Shown here: positions 1-10,352 of the stretch, piece after piece | How the letters are laid out: each line of letters begins with the position of its first letter | How positions within the stretch are numbered: the first letter of the stretch is position 1 | NCBI GenBank assembly: GCA_965261975.1 | Contig: CBDHEC010000057.1 | Coordinates: forward strand, 128,001 to 192,000 | Source: Alphaproteobacteria bacterium | Lineage (GTDB): Bacteria; Pseudomonadota; Alphaproteobacteria; UBA6615 | DNA: 64,000 bases | Reading direction: 5' to 3' | Made by a program: the position numbers and the translations under genes | Notes under the pieces: model-generated | What the model was told of the DNA's origin: nothing | Databases searched by the model: none | The model's input: only the letters and a program-made list of their open reading frames with translations

Positions 1-284
1 GCCACCAAAGTATCTTCAGGCCGGAGGCAAGGGTGGCGTTGTCGCACGCCATGGACGAGCCAGGGGTACGGCACCGGGCATATTTGCAACGCAGCAATGC
101 ACCAACCATCCTCGACATGGGTTGGTTCCTCATGGGTTGGCGCCCGGCTGGCCTCGAATCATCCGCCATGCGCGACGTGTGCGGCTGACCGGCGAACCCC
201 GAAACCTGTTGACCGCCCAAGCCTGTCAAACGATGCTTCCCATGTGATTGCCGGTCGCAAGAACCGGCCACACAGGGATGACCC

Positions 285-1226
285 ATGACGCTACACCCAC
301 AGGCACAGGCCGTGCTGGACTTGTTGAATGCGGCACCAACACCGCTGAAGGACTTGTCGCCGCCCGAGGCACGCGCAGCCTACGACCGCTTTATCGTGCC
401 CCGGAACTTCGACCCGGCCGAGATCGGACGGGTGGAGGATCGTCAAATCCCGGGCGCGGAAGGTGACATCCGCGCCCGCATCTATTGGCCCGATAAGGAT
501 GCCACCGATCTGCCCGTCTTCGTATTCATTCACGGCGGCGGATTCGTTATCGGCAGTATCGAGAGCCGCGACCCGCAGTGCCGCCTGATCTGCCGCGATA
601 CGCCATGCATCGTTGTGTCTCTCGACTACCGGCTCGCGCCTGAACATCCCTTCCCCGCAGCACCCGAGGATTGTTGGGCCGCCCTGCAATGGGTGAGCGA
701 AAACGCGACGGCACTCGGCGGAGACCCGTCGCGGCTCGCTGTCGGCGGCGAAAGCGCAGGTGGGAACCTGGCGGCTGGCCTTGCGCTACGCGCCCGCGAC
801 GCGGGTGGACCGCCGCTGTGTGCACAGATCCTGGTTTACCCGGTGACCGACATGTTCTTCGAGCAGGACCTCCCGTCCTACGCATTCCTCGACGAGGCGT
901 ACTTCCTCACCCGCGAGCAAATGCAGTGGTACTATGCCTGCTACGCGCCGGGACGAACCGAAACCGACGACATCCTGCTGTCACCCAGCAAGGCAGAGAA
1001 CTTCGAGAACCTGCCGTTCGCCCAGATCGTTACGGCTGAATTCTGCCCGCTGCGCGATGACGGCAAACACTATGGGGAAATGCTCGCGGCGGCCGGGGTG
1101 CCTGTCGAGTACAGCTGCATGGCCGGCATGATTCACGGTTACTGGCATTACGGTAAGCTGATCGACGCCTCGAGCGAGGCACTGAAACTGTCGATCGACG
1201 CACTGCAACGCGCATTCAAACCCTAG
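285..1226 (+). CDS. Alpha/beta hydrolase, HSL/lipase family IV esterase
   Basis: HGGGF oxyanion motif, GESAG nucleophile elbow, DYRLAPEHPFPAA, C-terminal GMIHG. Confidence 0.9.
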   Translation: MTLHPQAQAVLDLLNAAPTPLKDLSPPEARAAYDRFIVPRNFDPAEIGRVEDRQIPGAEGDIRARIYWPDKDATDLPVFVFIHGGGFVIGSIESRDPQCRLICRDTPCIVVSLDYRLAPEHPFPAAPEDCWAALQWVSENATALGGDPSRLAVGGESAGGNLAAGLALRARDAGGPPLCAQILVYPVTDMFFEQDLPSYAFLDEAYFLTREQMQWYYACYAPGRTETDDILLSPSKAENFENLPFAQIVTAEFCPLRDDGKHYGEMLAAAGVPVEYSCMAGMIHGYWHYGKLIDASSEALKLSIDALQRAFKP

Positions 1227-1239
1227 AAAGCGAAAATCC

Positions 1240-2034
1240 ATGGACGCCGACGCGATCAACCGGGCCGCCACCGCCATCGCCGAGAACCGGATAAACCGGA
1301 GCAAACTCGACACGTTACCCGCCGAATTCAGGCCGGCGGACCTGAACGACGCCTATGCCGTTCAGGAACGCCATAACGAAATCCTGGCAGCGCGCGGATT
1401 GGGCACATTGGTCGGCTACAAGATCGGCTGCACCACGCCGGTGATGCAGGCCTATATGAACATCCATGAGCCCTCCTACGGCGAAGTCTTCGATTCAACC
1501 GTCCACCACAACCACGCAGACCTCGTGTTCGCGGATTTTGTGAACCCGGGGGTCGAGACCGAGATCGCCGTCACCCTTGCCGCCGATATGCCCGCCGGGA
1601 GCGAGCCCTACACCCGCGACAGCGTACGCGATGCGGTGGGAGCGGCGATGATCTCCATCGAACTCGTCGAGGCGCGCTACCGCGACTATCGGGAACTCGA
1701 CACGCCGACCATGGCCGCAGACAATTTCTTCAACGCTGCCGTTGTCCTCGGCGAGCCGGTAACGGAGTGGCAGGGTATCGATCTCGCCGAAGCAGAAGGC
1801 ACGATCCTACTGAACGGCGAGCTGCTCGGCACCGGCCTCGGATCTCTCATCATGGGGCACCCGCTCGAGGCCCTCGCATGGCTGGCCAATCGCCTGGCCG
1901 AGCGTGGCCGCCACTTAAAGGCAGGTGAGTTCGTCACACTGGGCTCTGTGATCGCCACCCATTGGGTCTCACAGGGTGACCGTATCGATCATTCCATTCC
2001 GGGCCTCGGCTCGGTCTCCATTAAATTCGCCTAA
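1240..2034 (+). CDS. 2-keto-4-pentenoate hydratase-like protein (FAH superfamily, MhpD-like)
   Basis: GYKIGCT, VETEIA, ADNFFN and GHPLEALAWLAN motifs. Confidence 0.85.
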   Translation: MDADAINRAATAIAENRINRSKLDTLPAEFRPADLNDAYAVQERHNEILAARGLGTLVGYKIGCTTPVMQAYMNIHEPSYGEVFDSTVHHNHADLVFADFVNPGVETEIAVTLAADMPAGSEPYTRDSVRDAVGAAMISIELVEARYRDYRELDTPTMAADNFFNAAVVLGEPVTEWQGIDLAEAEGTILLNGELLGTGLGSLIMGHPLEALAWLANRLAERGRHLKAGEFVTLGSVIATHWVSQGDRIDHSIPGLGSVSIKFA

Positions 2035-2064
2035 GCCGCGAAGAACTCAGAAAAGAGACGTTCC

Positions 2065-3129
2065 ATGAAAAGCTACCAGCTCGTCGCCGCCAACCAGCCC
2101 CTTGAACTGGTCGAAAGTGAGACACCAGAACCGCAGGGCAGCGAGGTGTTGCTCAAGATCACCGCCTGCGGTGTGTGCCATTCGGATCTGCATTTCTGGC
2201 ACGGCTACTACGATCTCGGCGACGGCCAGAAAATGACCCTCGAGGACCGGAACATCGACCTCCCCTTCACCATGGGTCACGAGCCCGTCGGCGAAGTGGT
2301 GGCCCTCGGCCCAGACGCGCCCGGCAATGTGCAAATCGGCCAGACCTACCTGATCTTCCCGTGGCTGGGATGCGGCGACTGCGCGCGGTGCAACGAGGGG
2401 CGCGAAAATGATTGCGCGAACACGGCACCCCTGGGTGTGCGGCGACCGGGCGGCTATGCCGACCATGTGATCATCCCCGACGAGAAATATCTCGTGGATA
2501 TCGAAGGGGTCGATCCCCACTATGCCTGCACGCTCGCCTGTGCCGGCATCACATCCTACAGCGCCATCCGCAAGGCGAAGGACATCGCGGCGGACGACAA
2601 GCTGGTCATCATCGGCGCCGGCGGCGTGGGACTGACCGGTGTCGGGATCGCCGCCGACTTTATCGCGAATGAGAAGATCGTCGTCGATGTCGATGAGGAG
2701 AAACTCGCGGCCGCGCGTGAGGCGGGTGCCGACCACACGATCAACCCGCTGCGCGAAGACGCCCGGGCGGAGATTGCCAAGCTCACCGACGCCGGTGCCG
2801 GTGCCGTCGTCGACTTCGTGGCCAACACCGAGACCGCCAAGCTGGGCATCGACGTGATCCGCCGGGGCGGCAGCTACATCGCCGTCGGCCTGTATGGCGG
2901 ACGGATCGACATTCCCACGCTGGCCCTGCCGACACGGGACATCGCACTGCGCGGCTCTTATGTGGGCACCCTCAGCGAGATGCACGAGCTGATGGAACTG
3001 GTCAAAGCCGGCAAGGTGGACCCGATCCCCGTGGCTTCACGTCCCATGTCGGAAGTGACGGAAACCCTGCAGGACCTGGAGGACGGACGGATCATCGGCC
3101 GCGTGGTGGTGGTGCCGGAAGGCGCCTGA
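2065..3129 (+). CDS. Zn-dependent alcohol dehydrogenase (MDR family)
   Basis: CGVCHSD, GHE, structural-Zn CGDCARC...C and GAGGVG motifs. Confidence 0.92.
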   Translation: MKSYQLVAANQPLELVESETPEPQGSEVLLKITACGVCHSDLHFWHGYYDLGDGQKMTLEDRNIDLPFTMGHEPVGEVVALGPDAPGNVQIGQTYLIFPWLGCGDCARCNEGRENDCANTAPLGVRRPGGYADHVIIPDEKYLVDIEGVDPHYACTLACAGITSYSAIRKAKDIAADDKLVIIGAGGVGLTGVGIAADFIANEKIVVDVDEEKLAAAREAGADHTINPLREDARAEIAKLTDAGAGAVVDFVANTETAKLGIDVIRRGGSYIAVGLYGGRIDIPTLALPTRDIALRGSYVGTLSEMHELMELVKAGKVDPIPVASRPMSEVTETLQDLEDGRIIGRVVVVPEGA

Positions 3130-3134
3130 CCGCC

Positions 3135-4130
3135 CTAGCGGGTCATTTCCGCAACGGTTCGCAAAAGCCCCGGCACCCTGGCTTCGGCCTCTTCAAGCTC
3201 CGAGGCCGGATAGGCACCGGCACGCGCGCGCGCGCCCTGCTGCAGGGCGATGATGGACCAGCGCAGATGGGCGAAGATCTCCCAGAACCGCACGCGCGCG
3301 GGGTCCGGTCTGCCCCCACCAGCGGCCATATACGCATCGTAGAACACGCTGCGATTGCCGAGCCCGCCGGCTTCGAGCGTCGGCGCATTTCCACGCCAAC
3401 ATTCCGCGCAGAACCATCCGATATCCTCATGGGGGTCACCCCAGCCTGCGAACTCCCAATCGAGGACAGCCACCAGGCGCCCATCCTCGACAAGGAAATT
3501 TCCGGTCCGGAAATCCCGGTGCACACGCCGCACAGGCCTCTCATCGGGCATGTGCGCATGCAACCAGGCGAGCCTCGCGGCAATACCATCGGCAACCGGC
3601 GCGGGGATGTCACTGATGTCGCCCATCCATGAAGACAACATCTCGACACGCGTCTTCACCGAACCCGGAGTCGCGGGAGATCCGGTATCGACCCCATGTA
3701 TCCTCGCCAGGGCCGCACCCAGATCACGCAGCAGAGCGGCGTTGTCGGGGCACCCTGTCAACTCCTCACGGCTCGCGTGACCCGGACACATGCGCGAAAC
3801 GAAGAACGGCACGGCATCGTCGCAGAACCATAGAGGTTCGGGTACCGGCACCCCGTCGGCATATACGCGGCTCAGGGTCGTGAACTCATCGGCCTTCGAG
3901 ATACTCTCGGGCAACGGCACATCGGGTCCGGCACGCAGCACATAGGCTTGCGTATCACCACCAACATCCAGGTCAATCCGCCAATTATGCTGAACCGCGC
4001 CGCCCGGCAGGAGAACTGCATCGACGACATGCGCAGACGCGACGCCGAGTTGGTCGGCGAACCAAGGCCCCAGCAAACTCACCGGCATCGGCAATGCCGG
4101 GATCGACCTTGCGTTCAGCCCGTCGGGCAC
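3135..4130 (-). CDS. APH-family phosphotransferase (LvaA/ACAD10-11 kinase-like)
   Basis: HRDFRTGN and LDWEFAGWGDPHED motifs; start trimmed to the GTG overlapping the upstream ACAD stop (TAGTG). Confidence 0.8.
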   Translation of the reverse strand: MPDGLNARSIPALPMPVSLLGPWFADQLGVASAHVVDAVLLPGGAVQHNWRIDLDVGGDTQAYVLRAGPDVPLPESISKADEFTTLSRVYADGVPVPEPLWFCDDAVPFFVSRMCPGHASREELTGCPDNAALLRDLGAALARIHGVDTGSPATPGSVKTRVEMLSSWMGDISDIPAPVADGIAARLAWLHAHMPDERPVRRVHRDFRTGNFLVEDGRLVAVLDWEFAGWGDPHEDIGWFCAECWRGNAPTLEAGGLGNRSVFYDAYMAAGGGRPDPARVRFWEIFAHLRWSIIALQQGARARAGAYPASELEEAEARVPGLLRTVAEMTR

Positions 4131-5329
4131 TAATCCCAGCTCCAGAAGTCCATGCCCTCGTTCAGCAGATTGCGCGCAACCACCATCTTGTGCACCTCCG
4201 ACGCGCCATCGACCAGTTTTGCCTGGGGCGCGTAGCGGTACATCCATTCGAGCGGCAGGTCCTTGGAGTAACCCCGCGCGCCGTTCAACTGGATGGCGGT
4301 CGCGATCGTTTTATGGAGGATTTCCGAGACCCAGATCTTGGCCATCGAGACTTCCTTGCGGGCCTGATCGCCCGTGTCCAGCTTGGCGGCGGCACGCATG
4401 GTCATGAGGCGGCCGATCTCGATATCCATCGCCGCGTCCGCGAGCATCCACTGGACCCCTTCATGGTCGGCCAGGGTCGAGCCGAAATTCTCGCGGGTTC
4501 TGACATAGTCGAGGCATTCTTCGACGGCGCGTTTTGACATGCCGAGCCAACGCATACAGTGGGTGAGGCGCGCCACCCCCAGCCTGATCTGGACGGACTT
4601 CATCCCCTCGCCGATCTCCATCAGGCGGTTTTCATCATCGATTTCCAGCCCGTCGAAAATAACCTCGCAATGGCCGCCATGTTCCTCGGGCCCCATGATC
4701 GGAATGCGCCGCTCGATGTGCCATCCGGGTTGGTCCTTGTGGAAGAGAAAGGTGGTCAGCGCGCCGCGTTTCTCATCCGACGTTCGCGCCAGCAGGATGA
4801 AATGCTCGGCACCTTCCGCACCGGTTATGAACCATTTCCGCCCGCTGATAACCCACTTGTCGTTGCCCTTGCGCTCCGCCCGGGTCAGCATCATCGTCGG
4901 GTCCGAGCCGGAACCGGGTGCGGGCTCGGTCATGACAATCGACGAGCGGATATCGCCGTCGATGATCGGCTGCAACCAGCGATCCTTCTGGTCTTCGCGT
5001 GCCACCCGGTCGAGGAGGATCATGTTGCCGTCATCCGGTGCGGCGCAGTTGAAGACCACCGGCCCGAAACGCGAGCGCCCGGCCTCTTCGTAGAACATTG
5101 CCATACCGACGGTGTTGAGGCCCAGTCCACCACGCGATGTCGGCATCTGTGGCGCCCACAAACCCGCCGCCTTGGCCTTGGCGCGCAATGCCTGCAGCGC
5201 CGGTTCCGCAATATTCTCGTGTTCGTCGAAATTCGCCTGATCTGCTTCGACGGGCATGATCTCGTCAGCCACGAATGCGCCGACCCGTTGGCGCAGGTCT
5301 TCGAGTTCCTTGGGAAGTGAAAAATCCAC
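4130..5329 (-). CDS. Acyl-CoA dehydrogenase (LvaC/ACAD10-11-like)
   Basis: APDDGNM, MTEPAPGSGSDP, GRKWFITGA and LVDGASEVHK motifs. Confidence 0.9.
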   Translation of the reverse strand: MDFSLPKELEDLRQRVGAFVADEIMPVEADQANFDEHENIAEPALQALRAKAKAAGLWAPQMPTSRGGLGLNTVGMAMFYEEAGRSRFGPVVFNCAAPDDGNMILLDRVAREDQKDRWLQPIIDGDIRSSIVMTEPAPGSGSDPTMMLTRAERKGNDKWVISGRKWFITGAEGAEHFILLARTSDEKRGALTTFLFHKDQPGWHIERRIPIMGPEEHGGHCEVIFDGLEIDDENRLMEIGEGMKSVQIRLGVARLTHCMRWLGMSKRAVEECLDYVRTRENFGSTLADHEGVQWMLADAAMDIEIGRLMTMRAAAKLDTGDQARKEVSMAKIWVSEILHKTIATAIQLNGARGYSKDLPLEWMYRYAPQAKLVDGASEVHKMVVARNLLNEGMDFWSWD

Positions 5330-5351
5330 GTCAGGTCTCCGTTCTTAACAA

Positions 5352-6122
5352 TCAGAGGGTCGACAGGGTCAGTCCGCCGTCGACGGCGATCACCGACCCG
5401 GTGATGTAGGCCCCGGCGGGACCGGCCAGAAGCAGCAAAGCGCCATCCAGATCATCCGGTTCACCGAAGCGGCGGGTGGCGACACGGGTCTGGATCCGTT
5501 GCCCCAGTTCACTGTCGAGGAAGGCATCATTCAGTTCCGTTCGGATGTAACCGGGAGCGATTGCATTCACCAATATGCCGTGCCGCGCGACCTCCAGGGC
5601 CATCGTCTCGGTCATGGAGACCAGCCCCGCCTTCGATACACCGTAAGACTGAATACCCTTGGCGACCGTCTTCCAGCCGAGCACCGAGGCGATGTTGATA
5701 ATCCGCCCCCCCTTGCCGTGAGCCGCCATGTGGCGCCCGATCTCGCGCGCCACCAGCCAGGCGCCCTTGAGGTTGGTCCCGACGACCCGATCCCATTCCT
5801 CTTCCTCCATTTCGATGGTCAAGGCCTGGGGCGGCACGCCCGCGTTGTTGACCAGAATACTCATCTCGCCGAATTCATCCGCCGCAGCCTTTACGGCCCG
5901 CGCCACGGAATCTGCTTCAGTCACATCGAGTTCAACCGGCAGCGCGTGGCCACCGTCCTTCTCGATTTTCGAGGCGAGTTCTGCCAAACGGTCCACGCGG
6001 CGCGCGGCGATAACAACCTTCGCACCCGCCCCGGCCAGGGTCTGCGCAAAATGCTCGCCGAGCCCGCTGGACGCGCCGGTTACGAAGGCCACCTGGCCTG
6101 TCAGACTAAATCGATCACTCAT
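5352..6122 (-). CDS. Short-chain dehydrogenase/reductase
   Basis: TGASSGLG, NNAG, YGVSK and NAIAPG motifs. Confidence 0.92.
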   Translation of the reverse strand: MSDRFSLTGQVAFVTGASSGLGEHFAQTLAGAGAKVVIAARRVDRLAELASKIEKDGGHALPVELDVTEADSVARAVKAAADEFGEMSILVNNAGVPPQALTIEMEEEEWDRVVGTNLKGAWLVAREIGRHMAAHGKGGRIINIASVLGWKTVAKGIQSYGVSKAGLVSMTETMALEVARHGILVNAIAPGYIRTELNDAFLDSELGQRIQTRVATRRFGEPDDLDGALLLLAGPAGAYITGSVIAVDGGLTLSTL

Positions 6123-6216
6123 TCTTCTTCCCCCAACACCCGGCTAGGGATGATTGCTGTAGCACCATGGCGGCGGTAAGTTTGAGGCAACATTCAACCC
6201 GCCCGGACCTAAACCG

Positions 6217-7002
6217 ATGCCGACTATTCTACTGGACAAGCAAGGCCCCGTCGCCACCCTCACGCTAAACCGCCCGGAAGTCCTGAACGCGCTCAATCGT
6301 GACATGGCGCTCGAGCTCAACGCCGCCGTCGAAGACCTTTCGGGCGACGATTCGGTGCGCGCCGTCATCCTGAAAGGCTCCGGGCGCGGCTTCATGGCCG
6401 GCGGGGATGTCGCAACCTTTCACGAGAATATCGACACCATCGAAGAAACGATCGACGACCTGATCGGGCTCTACCACAAGGCCGTCCTGGGGCTATCCAG
6501 TATGCCCAAACCGGTCGTGGCCGCCTTGCACGGCCCCATTGCCGGTGCCGGGGTGGGCATGGCCTTGAACGCGGACATCGGCATCGCGGCGGACAATGCC
6601 GTCTTCACCATGGCCTATATCGGTATCGCCACAATCCCCGATGGCGGCTCCACCTACCTGCTTCCAAGAATCGTGGGGCGCCGAAAGGCCCTGGAAATGG
6701 CGATGCTCAGCGAGCCGGTCGACGCCGCCACCGCGCTCGATTTGGGCCTCATCAATAAAATCGTCGCGGCCGACGATCTGGAGGCCGAGGTGGTGAAGAT
6801 GGCCGAGCGCTTCGCCAAGGGGCCCACCACGGCCTATGCGAACACGAAGGCGCTCATCAATCACAGCCTCGAGTCCGAAAGCATGGCCGATCATCTGTCA
6901 GCCGAGCACGCCGCATTCCTGCGCTGCGCGGTGAAGGACGATTTCGCCGAGGGCGTCGCGGCCTTCGTCGAGAAGCGGCGACCCGAATTCAAGGGCGATT
7001 AG
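6217..7002 (+). CDS. Enoyl-CoA hydratase/isomerase (PaaG-like)
   Basis: LNRPEVLNA, FMAGGD, PDGGSTY and EGVAAFVEKR motifs. Confidence 0.88.
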   Translation: MPTILLDKQGPVATLTLNRPEVLNALNRDMALELNAAVEDLSGDDSVRAVILKGSGRGFMAGGDVATFHENIDTIEETIDDLIGLYHKAVLGLSSMPKPVVAALHGPIAGAGVGMALNADIGIAADNAVFTMAYIGIATIPDGGSTYLLPRIVGRRKALEMAMLSEPVDAATALDLGLINKIVAADDLEAEVVKMAERFAKGPTTAYANTKALINHSLESESMADHLSAEHAAFLRCAVKDDFAEGVAAFVEKRRPEFKGD

Positions 7003-7018
7003 CCCTGGTCGCAAGCGC

Positions 7019-7447
7019 ATGAGCGAATTCACCCGCAACGACGCCCAGCAAGTAATCGATACGGTCATGACGCCGTGGCTCGACGAGCTCGGGATGACCG
7101 TCGAGGCGCTTACGGAGAACGGGGCCGTCGTCCGCCTGCCCTGGCACGAGCGTATTTCGCGTGACGGCGGCATGGTGACCGGCCAGGCCCTCATGTCCTT
7201 TGCGGATGCCGCAATGGTCGTGGTGATTTCGTCGGCGATCGGCGGCTTTCAGAAGATGGCGACGATCGATATGACCACTTCGTTCCTCGCGGCCGCCTAC
7301 AACACCGACATCATCGCCCGCGGCGAGGTTCTGCGCCGCGGCAAGCGCATGGTCTATGGCCGCATCGACCTTGAAACGGCCGACACAGGCGAGCCCGTCG
7401 CCCTCATCCAGACGACCTGGACACTTCTGGGAGAACGCCTGGGCTAG
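7019..7447 (+). CDS. PaaI-family hotdog thioesterase
   Basis: GMVTGQALMSFADAAM, TIDMTTSFL and VLRRGKR pattern. Confidence 0.8.
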   Translation: MSEFTRNDAQQVIDTVMTPWLDELGMTVEALTENGAVVRLPWHERISRDGGMVTGQALMSFADAAMVVVISSAIGGFQKMATIDMTTSFLAAAYNTDIIARGEVLRRGKRMVYGRIDLETADTGEPVALIQTTWTLLGERLG

Positions 7448-7824
7448 TCGGTCGGTCCGGCCGCCTCACGCCAGGCGGCCATGCCCCCGGCGACATGGCA
7501 GACATCCTCAAAACCCATATCGACCAGAGTCTTGGCCGCGAGTGCGGATCGCCCGCCACTGGCACAGAACAGAACCAGCCGATCCCCGCTCGAGAACACC
7601 GGGTTGTGCATCGGACTGTCCGGGTCGGCATGGAAGTCGAGAAATCCACGTGGCGTGTGAACAGAACCGGCAATCGTGCCCTGTTCGCGTTCGGCCCCTT
7701 CGCGGATATCGATGAAGGTGTACCCGGCTTCGCCGTGCACCGCGATCGCATCCTTGACCGCAACCGTTTCGATCGCAGCGTTTGCCTCGGCGAGCATCTG
7801 CTTGAATCCGCGTTTCAATGACAT
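7444..7824 (-). CDS. Single-domain rhodanese
   Basis: IDIRE...G.I.GS, active-site CASGGRS and GGMAAW. Confidence 0.88.
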   Translation of the reverse strand: MSLKRGFKQMLAEANAAIETVAVKDAIAVHGEAGYTFIDIREGAEREQGTIAGSVHTPRGFLDFHADPDSPMHNPVFSSGDRLVLFCASGGRSALAAKTLVDMGFEDVCHVAGGMAAWREAAGPTD

Positions 7825-7863
7825 CTCTATCTCCTTGTTAGGTCGCGATCGGTAAGCCGCGAC

Positions 7864-8889
7864 CTAGCCGATCCCCATCATCGCAGCAGCCGTGCCGCCG
7901 AGGATCTTCTTGCGCTCCGGCGCGCTCAGTTTGGTCGCGCTCTCGACAAACGACACCGGCTCGAATTCCTGCATATCGAACGGGTAGTCGGTTCCCATCA
8001 TCACGCGATCGACACCCACCAGATCGACCAGATATTCGAGTTGATCGGGCCGGAAAACCACGGTGTCGTAATACAGCTCGCTCAAATACTCGCTCGGCGG
8101 CCGGCTGATCTTGTCGCGCAACTCCGGGCGGTATTCCCAGCTATGGTCCATACGGCCCGCATAGTAGGGGAAATACCCGCCGCCATGGGCAATGCAGATC
8201 TTGATACCCGGGTGACGGTCCAGCACACCGCCGAAAATCAGATGCGTAATCGCAATCTGCTCCTCAAGCGGCTGGCCGACGCAGTTGTGCATGAAGAACG
8301 GGCGCAGGCGCGCGCCGTCGGTGAAACCAAACGGATGCAGGAATAATGGCACATCGAGCGCCACGGCCTCGGCGTAGATCGGGTCGAAGCGTTCGTCAGA
8401 AAGCTCCACCCCATCCACGTTGGTGGAAAGGATGAAGGCCCGGATATCGAGCTCCTTCACCGCCCGGCGCATCTCGGCCACCGATGCGGCGGCGTCTTGC
8501 ATGGGCAACGTACCCATGGCCGCAAAACGATCGGGATTGCCCGTCACCAGTTTCGACACATCGTCATTCTGTACACGGGCGAGCTCGTTGCCGAGTTCGG
8601 GATCCGTCCAGTAATAGAACTGGATCGGCACCGGGCTGACGATCTGCATATCGACACGGGTGGTGTCCATATCCGCCTCGCGGGGCGTCAGGTCCACCAT
8701 CTTGGGTACGAGGCTCGGGATGTTCTCATTGTCCACCGCCATCGAGGCCGGGTGGGCATAGAACATGTAGGGATCGCGGTCCGGGTTCAGGATGTCTTCG
8801 GGTTGGTAATGCTTATCCATCAACGCCTTCGCCGACGGCGAAAAGACGTGACAATGCATGTCGATGGCGATCGTGCTGTCAGCGGCCAT
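7864..8889 (-). CDS. Amidohydrolase_2 family protein (ACMSD-like decarboxylase/hydratase)
   Basis: IDMHCH, FLHP, AHGGG and MMGTDYPF motifs. Confidence 0.85.
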   Translation of the reverse strand: MAADSTIAIDMHCHVFSPSAKALMDKHYQPEDILNPDRDPYMFYAHPASMAVDNENIPSLVPKMVDLTPREADMDTTRVDMQIVSPVPIQFYYWTDPELGNELARVQNDDVSKLVTGNPDRFAAMGTLPMQDAAASVAEMRRAVKELDIRAFILSTNVDGVELSDERFDPIYAEAVALDVPLFLHPFGFTDGARLRPFFMHNCVGQPLEEQIAITHLIFGGVLDRHPGIKICIAHGGGYFPYYAGRMDHSWEYRPELRDKISRPPSEYLSELYYDTVVFRPDQLEYLVDLVGVDRVMMGTDYPFDMQEFEPVSFVESATKLSAPERKKILGGTAAAMMGIG

Positions 8890-8953
8890 AAGTTCCCCTC
8901 CGTTTATGTCCGATCATTCGATCGGTTATCGCGAAGCTTAGCACCGCTGGCCC

Positions 8954-8984
8954 AAAGAAAAAGGGCGGCGGAAACCCGCCGCCC
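8954..8984 (-). terminator. Rho-independent terminator after the TRAP operon
   Basis: GGGCGGCGG/CCGCCGCCC stem with a 4-nt loop and a T-run on the minus strand. Confidence 0.8.
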
Positions 8985-9014
8985 CTTTCAGGCAGTTTCT
9001 TGGCGCGTCATCAG

Positions 9015-10352
9015 CTAGTTCAGCGAACGCTTGAGGTCGACCAGCGCCAGCGGAATCTCCGGGAAAATCATCACCAGGATAAGAACGAACAACATCACCA
9101 GCGCAAACGGCGCCGCGCCGATGAAGATATCGGCGAGTGAGATGTCCTTCTGAACCAGGGTGGACTTGATCACGTAGACCGCCAATCCCAGCGGCGGGGT
9201 CAGCAGGCCGATCTCGACCGCAATCACCGTGACGACACCGAACCAGACCAGATCGACGTTGAACGGTGCCAGGACCACCAGGAACAGCGGAACGGCAATC
9301 AACATGATCGAAACCGAATCGATAATCGTCCCCAGGATGATCAGGATGATCACATACATGATCATCAACTGGGCAAAGCTTGCGTTCATGTCGCCGATCA
9401 CCCGACCCAGCTCGGTCGGCAGGCCCGAGATTCCGAGCATCCGGCTGTACATGCTGGCCGCAATGATCAGGAACAGGAGTGTCGCCGTTATGTGCCCGGT
9501 CTCAACGAGCACGTCCCAGAGCTTTCGCGGCGTGATTTGCTTGCGCATCAGCGCAAACAGGAACGCCACGAAGGCGCCGGCGGCACCGGCCTCGGTCGGG
9601 GTGTAGAGCCCGGCATAGATGCCACCCAGCACGACCAGCACCAGGATGACGATCGGATAGGTCTTCGAAAAGAGCTCCCGGGCCGGCATCTTTTCCTGGT
9701 CCATATGCTGATCGAGAGCACCCGGTGCCGCGACCGTATTCGGGAACCCGTAGGCCATGATGGCGATCAACAAACAGAAGCAGAAGGTCAGGAGAATCCC
9801 CGGCCCGATGCCGGCAATGAACAGGTCACCGACGGATTCTTCCGCGATCAGCGCGAAGATAATAAGCAGGATCGACGGCGGGATAAGCATCCCGAGCACC
9901 GATGAGCCGGCCACGGTGCCAACCGCGAAGCGGCCCTTGTAGCCGTAACGCAGCATCTCCGGTACGGAGATGCGGGTAAACACAGTTGCCGATGCGATCG
10001 AAACGCCGGTAATCGCGGCAAAGATCGCGTTCGCGATAACCGTCGCCATGCCAAGGCCACCACGCACACGACGCAAGGCGTTCTGCGCAATGTCATAGGT
10101 ATCGCGGCCCATACCGGCCGTACTGACGAGCAACCCCATCAACACGAACAATGGAATGACGCCGAACAGGAAATCCGCGACGGTTTTCGCCGCCGAAATC
10201 CAGAGCAGACTGATCGCAATCTTGATGTTGCCCTTGATTATCCAGACCCCGACGAACGAGATCAGGGCGAGCACGACGGGAACATGCATGCCGATATAGA
10301 TCAGCAACAGCATGGCGATGATGGAAATAATGCCGATTTCAAAGCCGGTCAT
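9015..10352 (-). CDS. dctM: TRAP transporter large permease (DctM)
   Basis: Highly hydrophobic; LGMLIPPS, TPTEAG and EIGLLTPPLG motifs. Confidence 0.92.
   Translation of the reverse strand: MTGFEIGIISIIAMLLLIYIGMHVPVVLALISFVGVWIIKGNIKIAISLLWISAAKTVADFLFGVIPLFVLMGLLVSTAGMGRDTYDIAQNALRRVRGGLGMATVIANAIFAAITGVSIASATVFTRISVPEMLRYGYKGRFAVGTVAGSSVLGMLIPPSILLIIFALIAEESVGDLFIAGIGPGILLTFCFCLLIAIMAYGFPNTVAAPGALDQHMDQEKMPARELFSKTYPIVILVLVVLGGIYAGLYTPTEAGAAGAFVAFLFALMRKQITPRKLWDVLVETGHITATLLFLIIAASMYSRMLGISGLPTELGRVIGDMNASFAQLMIMYVIILIILGTIIDSVSIMLIAVPLFLVVLAPFNVDLVWFGVVTVIAVEIGLLTPPLGLAVYVIKSTLVQKDISLADIFIGAAPFALVMLFVLILVMIFPEIPLALVDLKRSLN

Noticed and set aside
1-284. Short ORFs at the window start
   Set aside because: They have no motifs and cannot be supported without upstream sequence.
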